From: Paragordius varius
Lineage: Eukaryota > Animalia > Nematomorpha
Reading direction: 5' to 3'
NCBI GenBank assembly: GCA_964247055.1
Contig: OZ176054.1
Location: 5,022,001-5,086,000, forward strand
Length of the DNA: 64,000 nucleotides
Below are positions 23,372-37,300 of this stretch, piece by piece. The first letter of the stretch is position 1, and every line of letters starts with the position of its first letter. The notes below the pieces were generated by a model that saw nothing but the letters and a program-made list of their open reading frames with translations, was not told the origin of the DNA and made no database searches. A program made the position numbers and the translations under genes.

Positions 23372-23525
23372 TACAGGTAAGCTAGGTATAAATTTTTCCA
23401 GACAAGGTGTTGTTTGTATAACAATTGTTTTTATCTATAATATTATAAAATTAAATTACAGGTAAGCTAGCTACAAATTTTTCCAGACAAGGTGTTGTTT
23501 GTATAACAATTGTTTTTACATATAA
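23372..23525. repeat. 85-bp local tandem duplication upstream of the X2 start codon
   Basis: caggtaagctag...ttccagacaaggtgttgtttgtataacaattgttttta occurs at 23374 and 23459, but only once in the paralog (~54192). Confidence 0.9.
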
Positions 23526-23759
23526 TATAAAAAAAATAACTTATTATTAAAGAAAATTTATACTATAGGGTAAAAAATTCCAACATACATTGATTGATAG
23601 CTAAATTATCTCAAAAAAATACGTAAATTAATTTCCGGTATCGTGTAAATGTAATGTATTACGCCCATACATGTTATTTGAATAAGTATCTCATTGTTTT
23701 AGATTATTGAGTTATTATTAAAGGTAATTACAATACATATAGAAATTCGCTAGATATAT

Positions 23760-24600
23760 TCTCAAGACTTTTGATAAATAATAAACATTCGTATGTTAAT
23801 TTAATTATATTGTGATTACCAATGGTAATTTTCTGATTATAAGTCGAATTAAAATAAAATTCAAACCAACTCACAGCCGAAATCGAATCTTTAGAAATTT
23901 ATAACCAATTATTTCACTTGTTTCTTGGTGCTATTTTACTTCGATTCTTTGATTAACTGTCTTTTATTGTTTTATGTAGGCATATGTCAATTTTTGTTGC
24001 GAGTTTCTGGATTGAGAGGTCATATCCTTTTCTATTTTATTATTTCGTATATAATCTATTGCCCTTAAATTTTTCTACACAAGTTAACCACCTCTTTGTT
24101 TTTATAAGATGTATTTCACAACAAACAATTTATTAGTTAATCGCTGACACCTTAGTTCCTTTCTCAGTGTTTTCCCATTATCGTGTCAATCCTAATCTTT
24201 TCCAAACTATCTATAAACTTACGGAAATCAAAAGTTATTAATCTGGGAGTTGATTGAAAAAAGCTTTTTCTGGATTGGAGTGTTTTGGTGTCAACTTTTC
24301 TCTATTATTATAAGGATTCGCTCTCTCCTTAATTCAGGACTTGTCATACATATACAGCTTTTAGTTTAGGAAACTCATTTCTAATATAGTGATTTTAAGT
24401 AGTTTGATTTTTTATTGTCTCTGTACGTGTCTCTTTCCTCGTTTCATCTATGGTTGTTCCAATTAACAGTTTTTTAAAATTAGAAAAAAAATGGTCATTT
24501 TGATATTCTAAAACAACTACATCAGGGCTATGTTTAACCATAATTATGGTGATTTTTGCCAAAGATTTTTTCAAATAAATGATAACCAACAAAAAAATGT
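23760..24600 (-). other. Decayed coding-like block with a paralog at ~54480-54720 and ~56030-56520
   Basis: MVKHSPDVVV...DETRKET (24395-24592 ORF) versus MVKQSPDIIV...DETRKET at ~56330-56470. SAVSWFEFYFNSTYNQKITIGN versus SSVIWFEFYFVSTYNNQKIKIGN. Confidence 0.35.
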
Positions 24601-24766
24601 TTTATATATAACATGTTTTTTATCCCGACTGCCATGTACGGCCGAAATTGAACAAGTTTGATATTAAAATTTAGGATAAATCATTTATAAGCAAAAATTT
24701 CTATTTTATAAAAAAAGATCTTCAATATTTTAAATAAATGAATTATTGGGTACATTGCATAATTTG

Positions 24767-25010
24767 CAGGGCTTGGAACCGATTCAAAAAAAGTGGAACC
24801 GGGACCGGGTCGGTTCCTGAACAAATAGAACCGGAACCGCGTTGGTTCTTAAGAATTTAAAATGGAACCGGGCGGTTCCCGAAATATTGGAACCGGGGTG
24901 GTTCATAAAGAAATGGAACCGGAACCGCCTTGGTTCTTTAAAAATTTAGCGGTTCCGGAACCGGTTTCTTACATTTAGAACCGGTTTCATATTCGGTTCC
25001 AGTTAATAAA
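24767..25010 (+). mobile_element. Left end of a hAT-like element with a dense GGAACC/GGTTCC subterminal array
   Basis: Starts cagggcttggaaccg and has more than 15 gaacc/ggttc motifs in both orientations. Homology to the paralogous region (~56650) stops here. Confidence 0.7.
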
Positions 25011-26404
25011 ATGAAAATTATTATTATAATAATACAACCAAAATTTAATCAAACGTGAAAGAAATATGGTTAAGCATACATCACAAACATGTTAATCCCA
25101 TATTTAACGTGTTGCCCCATATTGTACAATCTCAAAATATGCGTAAACCATGCTAAATAAAGGCGAGATAAGGCTTTGTCCTAAAAAATATTAATAAAAT
25201 TTTTTAAAAGCAAAACAATATTTTAATATTTTAATTTCTTATTACGGATCGGACGCCTCTAAAATGAGCAGGTGTATAAGCTCAACGCAAATAATCCGAT
25301 ATTTTGTAATGAAATTATATATTGTGACACATACAAAAAATCAATATTTTGCTATAAAATTTTTGTCAAGCGAATTTAAGGTAGTTTGAGCACGGTGGAA
25401 ATGGTAAAAAAACTTAGGGATATAAAAATACTTATTATCTTCCATCACCTAAGATTTTATTCAAAAATGTGTTTAACTTGAAACTTCAAACGATTGTTTG
25501 TTAAAACAGAATATGTACTGAACTTAAATATGTCGACAAACAAAATTCTAACAATTTGTCCGTGATATTGGGGTAGTTTATATCCCAGAGTTCAATCTTA
25601 TGAATAAACTGCTGTTTAAAAGGTTAATATGGTTAAAATTTAATTATTAAACTTTGTTTTCTTTTATCAGATAAAAACACAGTTTTGTAACTTCTAGAGT
25701 CTATTAGCTCCAAATCACCAATCAAATAAACAGCTGATATCAATAAATATCAAGATTTTATTGATTGAATGACTTAATAGCTTACTAAAGTTAATTTCTA
25801 ATCATGATATACATTAATTTGCCTATAGAAAAAAATGGCGGCTGAAACGTTTGACATGAGGCTTTTTTATTTTAGATTTGTTAAAAAAAATATATATGAA
25901 GCATGCACCTTCAATATTTAAATTCGGTCAATTTAGATACTTTAAAAAAGTTCAAATCGCTCAACGATATAATACCAAAAGGTGACGAAGTGGTAATCAA
26001 AAATCTGAGAATATAAAAATATTTAACATCATTGAATTATAAAAAGTGTTTATCTAATATCTTAGTGTCTTTTGTATCCTGCTTCACCGTTAAAACTCGC
26101 TTTAACAAATTTTAATAAATTTATTTAAGAAATATTCAATTTACCCGATAAAACTTTTTTTGATGGTAAAATCTAGCATGTAAAAATATTATTCACAAAA
26201 TCTCGGCATTTTTGCGTTTTTATGAGGTAACTGGCTCAATATATGGGGCAAAATTTTAAGACTTTCGGAGTCCTTATTTAAAAATTGCGCTTTCTCATTA
26301 GTATATCATATATTTTAATATTCTGAATAAAGGATATGGCTTTTATCAAAAAAAATTAACAAACACAAATCTGCGCAATTTTGCCATTTGATATGAGTAA
26401 CAAC

Positions 26405-26916
26405 TAGGGTTGTGCATTTGACTGCTTTTCAAAAAAGTCCGGTCAGACCCGGTCAGACCATGGTCATGATCATGACCACTTTACCTAAGTAAATACCATT
26501 CGATATTGGATTATGAATTACTTCTGAAATTTTAAATACCTCGCTTTTAATACTGGATATTCAAATAAAATTTTTCCTGTTTCTTTTACACTTTCTTTGA
26601 TCATTGAAATATCCAATTATAAAATGTTTTTTCATTTTATAGGTTCACATATACGGAATAATTGAATATTTTATAAAAAGTTGGATTGTTCTCTGTTTCG
26701 AAATAACTGGATATGCTTAAATGCTAATGTTTTAAGGATGCATGTTTAGCATTTTATTTATAAATAAGCAAATTTAATATTTATATATATATTAAATAAC
26801 TTACTATTTTTCTTCCAAAAAAAACTACCAGCAATTTTTCAAAAAACAGCTGAAATGACCATGGTCAAAAAATACATAGTCACTGACCTGGTCATGACTT
26901 GGTCAGCACAACCCTA
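26405..26916 (+). mobile_element. TAGGG-ended hAT MITE
   Basis: tagggttgtgc...gcacaacccta with perfect TSD gtaacaac (26397-26404, 26917-26924). Confidence 0.93.
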
Positions 26917-27731
26917 GTAACAACCATAAAAGTGGTAATAACTTCTCATATCACTCGCACCCAAATGCAAATGTAGCATGAGAATCCTGATTTATTATCA
27001 GATTGTATATTTCAGGATTAGTAGGCACATTTTTTACGGGATTTTTTATTATAGGTGACTAATTTAGGTGCCAATATTATAGATTAGAGAAAAGCGATAC
27101 AATAATATTTTATTTTTGGGGTTGTTGAGCTTAAAACAAATTTCTTAATTTTTTCTATGGGTTCGAAAAATATTAACTTCACACTGAGCATATCACCCGT
27201 TGAAATGTTAAGCATACTTTTTCCTTAAAAAATGTTTAAAGTCCGTTTACTGAAATTTAACAAAAAGCCTCTAAAGTATATTACACTAAGTATCCTGTAT
27301 AAAATTATAAATACTCTTTTATCACATAATTTATCGGCTCCACATTATCACTTTTAGGCCTTTAAAATTTTCCATTCCTTTTGACGTTAGATTTAAAGTT
27401 GAATTTGAATGCGAAAGCTTTATATTAATTAGATGGCAATCCTTTGGTTGTAGCTTACTAACTAATCAATTCGTCAAACTTTTTAGGCGATTTTTACGCA
27501 AAAAAGTTTATGGCAACATAAATTATTTGATGAAGAATTAAAAAATTATACATTATGAATTTTATGCGGTCTCCCTTGTAAAATCAGCTTTGACTTTATT
27601 AGTTATAATAATTTTCGTATTGTTAAATATTTTAAGATGGGATTACCATACCCATTGAGGGGGGCTTCCTGATATTCATCAAATGTAGTATTTAAATTTA
27701 AAAAAAAATATTTTTTCAAAACACTAATTTA

Positions 27732-30700
27732 TTAAATGCTGATTTTTTGTGGAATGATTACACATATATTTCCAATTATGTTTTCCGGCATGTTTGGTAT
27801 TTTGCTAAACTTTTGATTTTCGGGATCTCATTCACAACTTTCTAATTTTAGGTCATTTTGGCTTTTAATCCTCCCATTATATAGATACGTTTATCTACAC
27901 GCATTTTGAAATTATATAGGAAAATCACATATATCATAAAATTTAAAGCAAAAATAAAATCAAACCCAAAAACACACAACCAAAACGTAAACGTGGAATT
28001 TTCAAGGATGTTATAAGCTCCCATGTTCTAGTAGCTTGATTTAAATATTCAATAGAGTTTAAACTAAGAATTTTTTTGTCATTGACCGCAGCACCCCCAA
28101 TGACATATAATTTACCATTGACACTAATCATTGCGTGATAGGAGCGTGCAATAAGTAGTTTGGGCCTATGAAACCATCTGTATTATAATAATTTATTGTA
28201 TGGATTAAATTTTATATAAAAATGGAAACGCATCATAATTTTTTTATGTATATTAACCACTTCTCCCATGATTCCCTTTCATATTGGGCTTTTTAAAATT
28301 AAAAGCATTATAAAAAAATTGGTTCTTATACTAACTCTTCATTTTCTAGATATTTTTTTGAGTGATCGAAGTTGAACCTATATTTCCAAAAAGCTGAGTA
28401 TATTGGAAATGGGTCAAAAACAAATAAATTAATCAGAATATTTTTATTCCACATATCTAATTATATAGGCAGTTAAAATAATTAAAAATTAATTTTTTTA
28501 AGGGTGATGACACGTATATTCAATAATGCATCTTTCCATAAACGGGGATGTAAATAATGAAGACACAAACTTTTGATAATTCTACCCAAATAGAGCAACT
28601 AGATTAAACTTTTCAACTATATTTTATTCATTAGTTATTAATAACGAAATAATCAAGGAACGTCTTAATATTTATCCTTTATACAAAATATATATGATGA
28701 TAAAATGTATGATTTTAAAAATAGTTGCAATGTATACAGTTTCAGTCTCATTCACTTATTCTAGCATGAATGTGCAATAAGATTTTCTTTGTAAATTAAG
28801 TCAAAAAGTTTCTTATTATCAAAAAAATAACGTTATTTTTACGAATCAACTACCGCAACAATTCATAAGACTTTAGAACAGTGGTACTCACCAAAAAAAT
28901 TTGACGGGCCAAATAAAACATATTTTTTTTTCGAGGGCCATGAACTATATAATGGCAAATATTCCATAGCTATTTAACACATACGCACATATTTTTACTC
29001 TAAATCAGCACAATGAATTTTTTGCGGGTCGCATGTAAATCCAGCTAAAAACTCGTTTTGCACCATTTAGTTTTAAAAATAAAAATATTTTGATATTAAC
29101 CAATAATTTTTGACAAATTTGGTTTCGCCTCATGGCAGGCCAATCTTAATACGTCGTCCATATGATCATCAGTTAAGCGATTTCGGTATGTATTCTTGAT
29201 ACACTTCATTTTTGAATATACCGTCTCACACGTGTAAGTTGATGGATAAACAGTTAAGATAACTTGAGCACATTTTTTTATATTTTCATATTTATTTGGC
29301 ACAACTTGACAAAACTCTACATCTCTTTCTTTTCTACGATTTTCTCTAAATATAGCTTCCAGATTGGAATCATTTTTAAAATCAACGAATTCTCCAATGA
29401 TAAGCGCCTGATCAAAACCGAAAAGCTCAAGTTGCTTAATGTTGGATATATCCATTTGTCATGGATTAGTTTTAAGCAATTTTTAATATTTTTTAATTCT
29501 TGAAATCTGAATTTCATCTCATTAGATAAAAATGTTAAATGATTGTGTATTATTAAATTAATCTCCGCGGTAAATTCCATATTTTCTTTATAAATCGTTT
29601 TAAGTGTAGGAAAATGTAGGAGTGTTTTATCTGTAAAATCTTGTTTATATATTATTATTTTTTCTTCAAAAGCAAATATATGATTAGCAAATTGGGTTTT
29701 TATTTTACTCCCTTGAAGACTTGTATTAAAAGTACTAAGTTTATAAGTAATGTCGCAAAGGTAGGCTAATAAAACCCACCATTTGTCACTATCAATTTCC
29801 TCGTCAAACTTTTTGTTATCTTTTATAAAAAATAGAATTTCATGTCTTAAATCAAAAAATCTATTCAATACTTTGCTAAGGCTTAGTCATCTCACAGCGG
29901 TGTACAAAAGAATATCATCAACTGTGGATATCTTTCAGAAGGTTTTTGAATTTTCTGCCACGGATGTAGTTTACTATATCCACAGCCGTTTTAATTACTA
30001 AATTTAGTGATTCATCTTTTACACGCGAAACCAAGTTTTGCTGACGAATAAAGCAGTGAAAGGATTTTAAAAGAGGAATAAACCCTTTGTTTATTCCAAT
30101 CATAGAGGGACAGCCATCTGTGCAAATCGAAACCAATTTTTTCATAGATATACCATTATTATCGAAAAAAGTGCTAATTATTTCAAGAAAATCACTGCCT
30201 TTTGTGGTATTATTAATTGGTAAAATTTCAAATATTCCTCGTTGATTATGTTGTCGTTGCAAAATCTCACGAAGAGCGCACATTGAGGTGTTGAACTTAT
30301 ATCAGTGGTAGAATCGATTGCAATACTGAAGTATTTGCAGTTTTTCAGAGCCAATAATGTATTGTTAAAAATATATTTCTTTCCTCACGATTTTCTGGTA
30401 ATTTATGAGAATAATGGATTTTAAAATGTCTTTCACTATTGTATTTTTTTATAATTATGTTGTCCTATACAGGTAGCAACATTGTTATTTACTACAAAAA
30501 AATTATTTTCCCATTATTTTTTAAAGGAGCGATTTTCATTGGATAATTTACGTTTTTTGGCATTAGATGTCATCCTTTGAATTTATGTTTGAATATTATG
30601 TAAAAAATAGGAATATAAATTGAATTATGCTATAAAAAACAGGTCGAAATTTAATGATGTCGAGTTGAAAAATATTTTATGGGAATGAGTTATAAAAATG

Positions 30701-31338
30701 ATGCAGGATAGCAATGAAATGTATGTGCAATGGGTGAAAGCAAAAAAGAAATGCAATAAAAATTTCAAAAAGAAAAGAAAATAGAATATAGAAAAAGAAA
30801 CAACGTGTGCCCATAAATCATAAATTTTAAAATCATTTTAATGTAGGAAAATTTTTCTACATTTCAAATCGGGTAAAAAATAAATATTATCAATTAAAAA
30901 AAATTTAAGTATCAATATGGTCATAGGGGAATTTTAAAGCACACTTATGGCCGTATGCGGTCCGCGGTCCGCGGGCCGCGGTTTGAGTATCACTGCTTTA
31001 GAAACTTGGAGAATCATTGTAAAAGAAATTATATTTTACAGGTAAAAACTAGTGCTCTTTCATACTTTTTGTGCGTCATATCAAACACTTCAACGTTTTT
31101 TGTCATTTTAGCTCTATCAGCCTGACTTGATTTGACTATTCCCCCTGAAATCCATATTTGATTTTCATGAACACATGCTGCTAAAGCCATATTACAGTCT
31201 GGTATAGATTCTATGCATTTTCATTCCTTTTTCAACAAATCATAGCTTTCAACCAAATCTAGTTGACTTTAAATTTTACAAAAATTAAAAATGAAACTCT
31301 AGAATTATAAAAAAATGGATAGGAAAACAAACCCGCAG

Positions 31339-31373
<35 letters not shown>

Positions 31374-34358
31374 TTCATAAAATAATTTAAAATGATTGAT
31401 AATGTAACAGAGTTACTGATTTACGTTTAATTTATACGAGACGTCTGTAGTACTAAACTAATTTTTTCCTATATATATTTTGAATGATTGATACTTGAAT
31501 TTACAAATATAACTTATATTCAGAATCAGCTCCCCCAAGCACATATATTTTCCCATTATGAACGAGCATTAGATGGTCGTATCGTTCTTTCGTCATATTT
31601 TGCAATTTAATCCATTTTCTATGTTGGAATTTATGCAATTCATTTCAGGTTTTGTCGTTCGGGAGAGTGCCTTCTAAAATAAAATAAAATTTCTGGTGAT
31701 ATACAGTAAAAATAGATATACGGACAAAACTTAATATAAAGACATTTTTTTCAAATAACAACCATACTTTTCCTAACCATAATTTTTCCCTTATAAACTA
31801 TTTATTTACTATATAATTGATTGTGTTACAGTTTAATTACTATTTCATAGTTTACAGTTTCGATGAGTTATATTAAAAAAATTAATATATAAAAGGTATG
31901 GTTGTCTTTTGGAACAAAATATTTGTCTTTATATTTTGTTCTGTCCGTATTTTAATTTTAACTGTATTTTTACAGTATTCACTTCTATATTTAACATAAA
32001 AATATTGGAAAGTTTTTAATTATGCTAGATATAGATCCGTTTGGATTTACAAGCACAAGCTCAGAGAAACTTAGATCAAATTGAACATATATTTTAAAAC
32101 GTTTTGCTCAAATTATATGCATTACATTTCATGAAGTCAATAAATATTTAATAAAATGGCTATACCAGAAATATATATAATATTGTCAATTACACAGGCT
32201 GCATGGTGGCAAAGTGGATACGGTAATTCAAATCCAAATTTTGACCAAACACTGGATGCAGGATTAAATAAAAAACATTTCTTTCGCAAATCACTTTCGA
32301 TCAAGGTATCGCCCGATGTCCCACCAATACTTAGGATGTATTCTTTAGCCTAAAATACAATATTTAAAATATTCTTAGCATTGTTATTATTTATTATCGC
32401 CTTCATTGGTAGAAAATTGTGATTAAATAAATTACGTTAAACAAGCTTGAACTTTTTTTCATGCATATAAGACATTGTTTGGATATCTCAGCATGTGGCG
32501 ATTTTCGAGGAGGTGGTATTTCAAAAAATACTTTATCCAATTGACCGTTTTCTTTACATGTTTGATACCTAATTGAATTATATAGTATCAACCAATTTAC
32601 AGGTCCATAATTGGTTTCATATTTACAATTCACAATTCCAATAAATTTGCTATATTTATACAAATGACATTTAAAGTTTGTTTATTTTTAAAGCTGTACT
32701 AGTTGAAAAAATTGTGTCTTGTCAAAACATATTGTCAATATATTATTTTATATTTAGTAAATGAGTTATTTGTATCCCGCCAAAAATTTCAAATATCTTT
32801 TATTATGACTACTTCTTTAAACCAGGTAATACAAATCGCTTTGTGGGCCGCATTTTCGCTTCATAAAATCTGATGTGTCGCATTCGTCAAATATATTTAG
32901 GCATTAATCAAATTTTTATTAAATTTCAAACATACATAAAATGTACAGTAAGGAAACTTAATTAAAGAAATTGGTAAAACTTTGTATTTGAGAACCCGCG
33001 GGTTTTGGAGGGTCGCATGTTACATACCTCTGCTTTAAACTATGCATAAATTCAAAAGTAAAATATTTTGATTCAATATTTGTTTATGTAAAAAAACTTA
33101 AAGGGATTGGAGTACCAAAATGCCTTGTGAAAATGATGTGCACAAAATGGACTTAATCCCAAGTATTCTTTCCCATCCTCTAATGCCGATAGCAAATCCG
33201 GAACATCAATATAAACCATACGGACACGTTCAAATATCTTATTACTGAATTTCATTCTTCCTTCTTTGTCAGCATGAATCCATCGAATTGCTGCTCTTAG
33301 AACATCTACCTATTGAATAAAATATTTTAGATTTTTCAAATTTGGATATTGACTTCATATTATTAAACCAGCACGGCCTAATCCAAACAATAACTTTTAA
33401 CAAGTGTAAAAATATTATTTACTTACCAAAAATTAAAAAACCTAGGCCAAATAGGTCCGGATTTTACATAGGAAAGTTTGAACCAGAATCAATTATATAT
33501 AATATATTATTTTAAAATTCAATTAATTGGCTTTACGGTAAAATATCATCAGTTTAATTTAGTGTATGTTATGGATTTTACTTAACACTTTGATACAAAT
33601 AAAAGTATCTAAATACCCTAGACTATATATAAGTGATATTTTAACTAACTAGTGAAAGAAACGGTTTTAATTTAAATTTAAACTTCTATCCTAATAAATA
33701 ATAAAATATGTCGAAATCAAAATAAAATTTAGCTTTAAAAAAAACGTCCCATATTAAATTACTTCGACGCAATTTTACAACTTTTTTGGAAACTATCGTG
33801 TTTATTTAATTTTTATATTAAAGCTATTTTATTTAAATCACATCAAACATTGAGAAAGAGAAAAAGTAGTTTATTTTGTGTTATTTTAAAATTAAACTAA
33901 TTAATGCACACATGTAATGTAGACTAAATTTTAAATTTGGGTATTATTTTAAAATAAGTTATATTAAGTATATTTGAATAATTTATTTTGTATTTCCGTT
34001 TATTAATGTTATATAAATGCAAACTTTTGTAATGGTTACAATTTATTCCATATTTTTTGAACTATTTATTTTTAAACAGGCTTGAGGTATCTAACGACCC
34101 CAATTTGAATCGAAGGATTGAAATAAATTTGTTGTATACAAGAGTTTAAAGAAATTAATAAATACCTCTTTGTCCACAGATAAATAATCATTTTCAATTT
34201 TTTTATGGTGGACGCGTCTAGCTAAATGAAAGTTTTACTACATACCAAATCAATAAATTTTTCCGTTAAAATTCTTTGATATTTATCATCAAGAACTGTG
34301 AGAGCCGGTACTTTTTTTAACTCGTCCAATGCTTTACATATATCATCCATTGGTGTTT
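27732..34358 (-). pseudogene. KLHL-like BACK-Kelch pseudogene, copy B (BACK + six Kelch repeats; no BTB exon found)
   Basis: Exons 34166-34358, 33116-33309, 32436-32568, 32166-32349, 31514-31673, 31066-31266, 27966-28177 (WFHRPKLLIARSYHAMISVNGKLYVIGG...) and 27732-27894 (DKRIYIMGG..., frameshift plus TGA at 27828-27830, terminal TAA at 27732). Splice phases are compatible across the hAT-containing intron. Confidence 0.9.
28879..30995 (-). mobile_element. Buster-type hAT transposon relic in a KLHL intron
   Basis: TIRs cagtggtactcacc and gtttgagtatcactg with perfect TSD ctttagaa (28871-28878, 30996-31003). Transposase fragments 29918-30283, 29317-29868 (LAYLCDITYKLSTFNTSLQG) and 29096-29455 (YPSTYTCETVYSKMK). 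Same family as 6893-9782. Confidence 0.95.
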
Positions 34359-37300
34359 ATATAACATAAATTAGAACATAACTACACATGATTAAAAAAT
34401 TAATATTAAAAAAATTTTATGATTTAAACAGGACCATTTTGCTTGGATAGCAGCGAAATTCTTCAGATACCCTGTAATGATATTAAATATGAATACCGGG
34501 CTCATTATCCGGATGAAAAAAGATGAAGGTGAGTTTTGTTTTTACAGTATGTTTGTAATTTAATTATTAAAACATTTATCGGAGCTAATAATATACCATT
34601 TGCACTTCAAGAGTGTCCTTGACTTCAAGTTGGTCCTTACACACTTCGAGTTGGTCCTTAAACAGTTCAAGTTGGTTCTTGATCATTTCAAGTTGGGCCT
34701 TAAACAGTTCAAGTTGGTCCTTGAATATTTCAAGTTGGTTCTTGAACATTTCAAGTTGGTCCTTGAACATTTCAAGTTGGTCTTTGAACATTTCAAGTTA
34801 GTCCTTAACCAGTTCAAGTTGGTCCTTGAATAATTCAAGTTGGTCCTTAAAATTTTGATTTAACCATAATTTTTGCATTATTTTTTATTTTATTATTTAT
34901 TAACCTAATTTTCTTTATTTATTATGTATTTAATCATTTAAAAATAAAATTTTTTATTGAATCACTTTTTTGTTTCAAACTATTTATTTTCAATTAAACA
35001 AAACTAAATAAAGATATACAGTTTCTCAAAGAAAAAAGTTGATATCGATTTAAAATTTATGTTAAATAATAGAAAATATGTTAAAAACAATCAAATAGAT
35101 TATTTACGATATGATTGATAAAAGTTAAAAACAAAACAAAAAAGTCAAAGGACAAACTTGAACTGTTCAAGGACCAACTTGAAATGTTTAAGGATCAACT
35201 TGAAGTGTTCAAGGACACTTTTGAAGTGCAAATGGTATCATATATATTTAATTCATTAATTATTTGGTTTAGTCAACAATATAATCTTCAATATTTAACT
35301 ATTCATTACCTTTTTACGTCCTCATTTTGGGTAGTTTTATATCCCACCCGATTTTGTATATAAAATACAGTTTTGAAAGTTATTTTAGTTAAAATTTAAT
35401 TATCAGACACTGTTCTCATGTACTAGATCAGGGCTTCTTAAACTATGGGTCGCGACTAGGGTTGTGCTGACCTGGTCTTGACTACTTATTTTTTAACCAC
35501 GGTTATTAAAAAAACAGCTGTTTTTTTCAACAATTGCTAGTATTTTTTAGAAGAGAGTAAGATTTTATTATTTAATATATTTTTTAAAAAATAAAAATTA
35601 AATATTTAAATATGCCTTAACAATACAATAAAAATTGTTAAACATGCATCGTTATAACATTTGCATTTAAGCAATTTTAGTTATTTCCAAAAACAAAACA
35701 ATCAGGCACTTTACAAAACATGCAATTATTATATAAGTAAACCAAAAAAATGAAAAACCCTATAATTTAATATTTTATGAAAGAAAATGTAAAACAAACT
35801 AGGTAAAATTTTATTTGAATCCAGTATTAAAAGCTATGTTTTGAAGATTCGGAAGGCCACAAACATGTGGCAAAATTCATTTAAAAACAAATTTCTTGAT
35901 TATATTTGATTGAAAATATTTGTAAGTAAATATTAAAAAAATTGTATAATACAAACCTTTAAGAAAAACATGACATTATTAGTGAAACGCAAATGTAATT
36001 CGAATATTATTTTGACAATCCAATATCGCATGATACTTACTTAAGTAAAAGGTGGTCATGACCGTGGTCAAGTCCATGGTCTGACTGGATCTACCGGACA
36101 TTTTTGAAAAAGCCGTCAAATGCTTAACCCTAGTCGCGATCCCATTTGGGGTCGCGAGTGATAAAAATACAATTATACAATAAATGTTTTTTAACTTGTA
36201 AAATATATATTTAAAGAAAAATAACAATCATCGTAGATAATAAACCGAATAATTCTGAAAAATATTATCAAAAAATTTGTTATTGTTATTTCGAAGAAAC
36301 TATATAAACATTTAGTGTTATTTTCATTTAGCCATTGTATGATTGTGAAGAAGAGCATGTTATTCCGTATTAGTCAGTTTAAAAAAATTACCATTTATAC
36401 TCGTATATTGTTGGATTTACCACCAGCCAGTTTAAATAAATTTATTTATATCGATGAAAGTATTAGTGTTATAAAACACAAATTGCCAAGGCATTTAACG
36501 ATTTTTAAAGATTTTATGTTTATTATTGTGTTTTTAATAAATCGATTTAAATATTTCTCAAGTTTTATAACAATTATCATCAACTACATAATTTTTCCTC
36601 ACATAACAAACAGGTATTTATAGTATTAAATTATTGGAAAATGTGAATTTGCTGCTTTTTATCAAAATGACTTGTGGCTTATCCAAGCTGTGTTATTTGT
36701 CAGATGTTTTGCGAAGTTAAACGATTTTAACTAGTCTCTTCAAGGAAAAAATAGAAATATAATTACCTCAAACGATAAAATTGAAAGTTTTATTCAAAAT
36801 ATCAGTATTTGGAAAAGTAGGGTCGAAAATTCGATTGTTTTTCAGTGTAGACAATTTTGTAATTGAGAAAATTCAATGTAAACTTTAATTGCAAAAACTA
36901 TTCACTTAAAAGCGCTAGAAAAACAGTTCCGGACATATTTTATTTTAAGTATTGATAAAAGCCGTTTTGGTTCCATACATATTATATTCAAATATTGATA
37001 AAAGTCGTTTTGGATTGGATTAAGAGAGATTGATCATCTGCCACAAGCTCAAGAGGAATTTGCTGATTATTCGTGTGATTCAACCTTAAAATTAAAATTC
37101 CAAAAAAAGCCCTTGACTGAATTCTGGATCAGAACTAGAACTGAATTATCCACAATCGCTGATATGGCGCTAAATGTACTTCTGCCATTCAACACCACAT
37201 GTTTATGGGAAGTTACTTTCTCAGCTTAAACACACATTAAATCTTAATATCGTTCAGCGATAAAAAATATTGAAGAGGTCTTACGTCCAGCAGTTTCATA

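Noticed and set aside
29264-30001. Plus-strand ORFs 29264-29503 and 29783-30001
   Set aside because: Antisense shadows of the hAT transposase relic.
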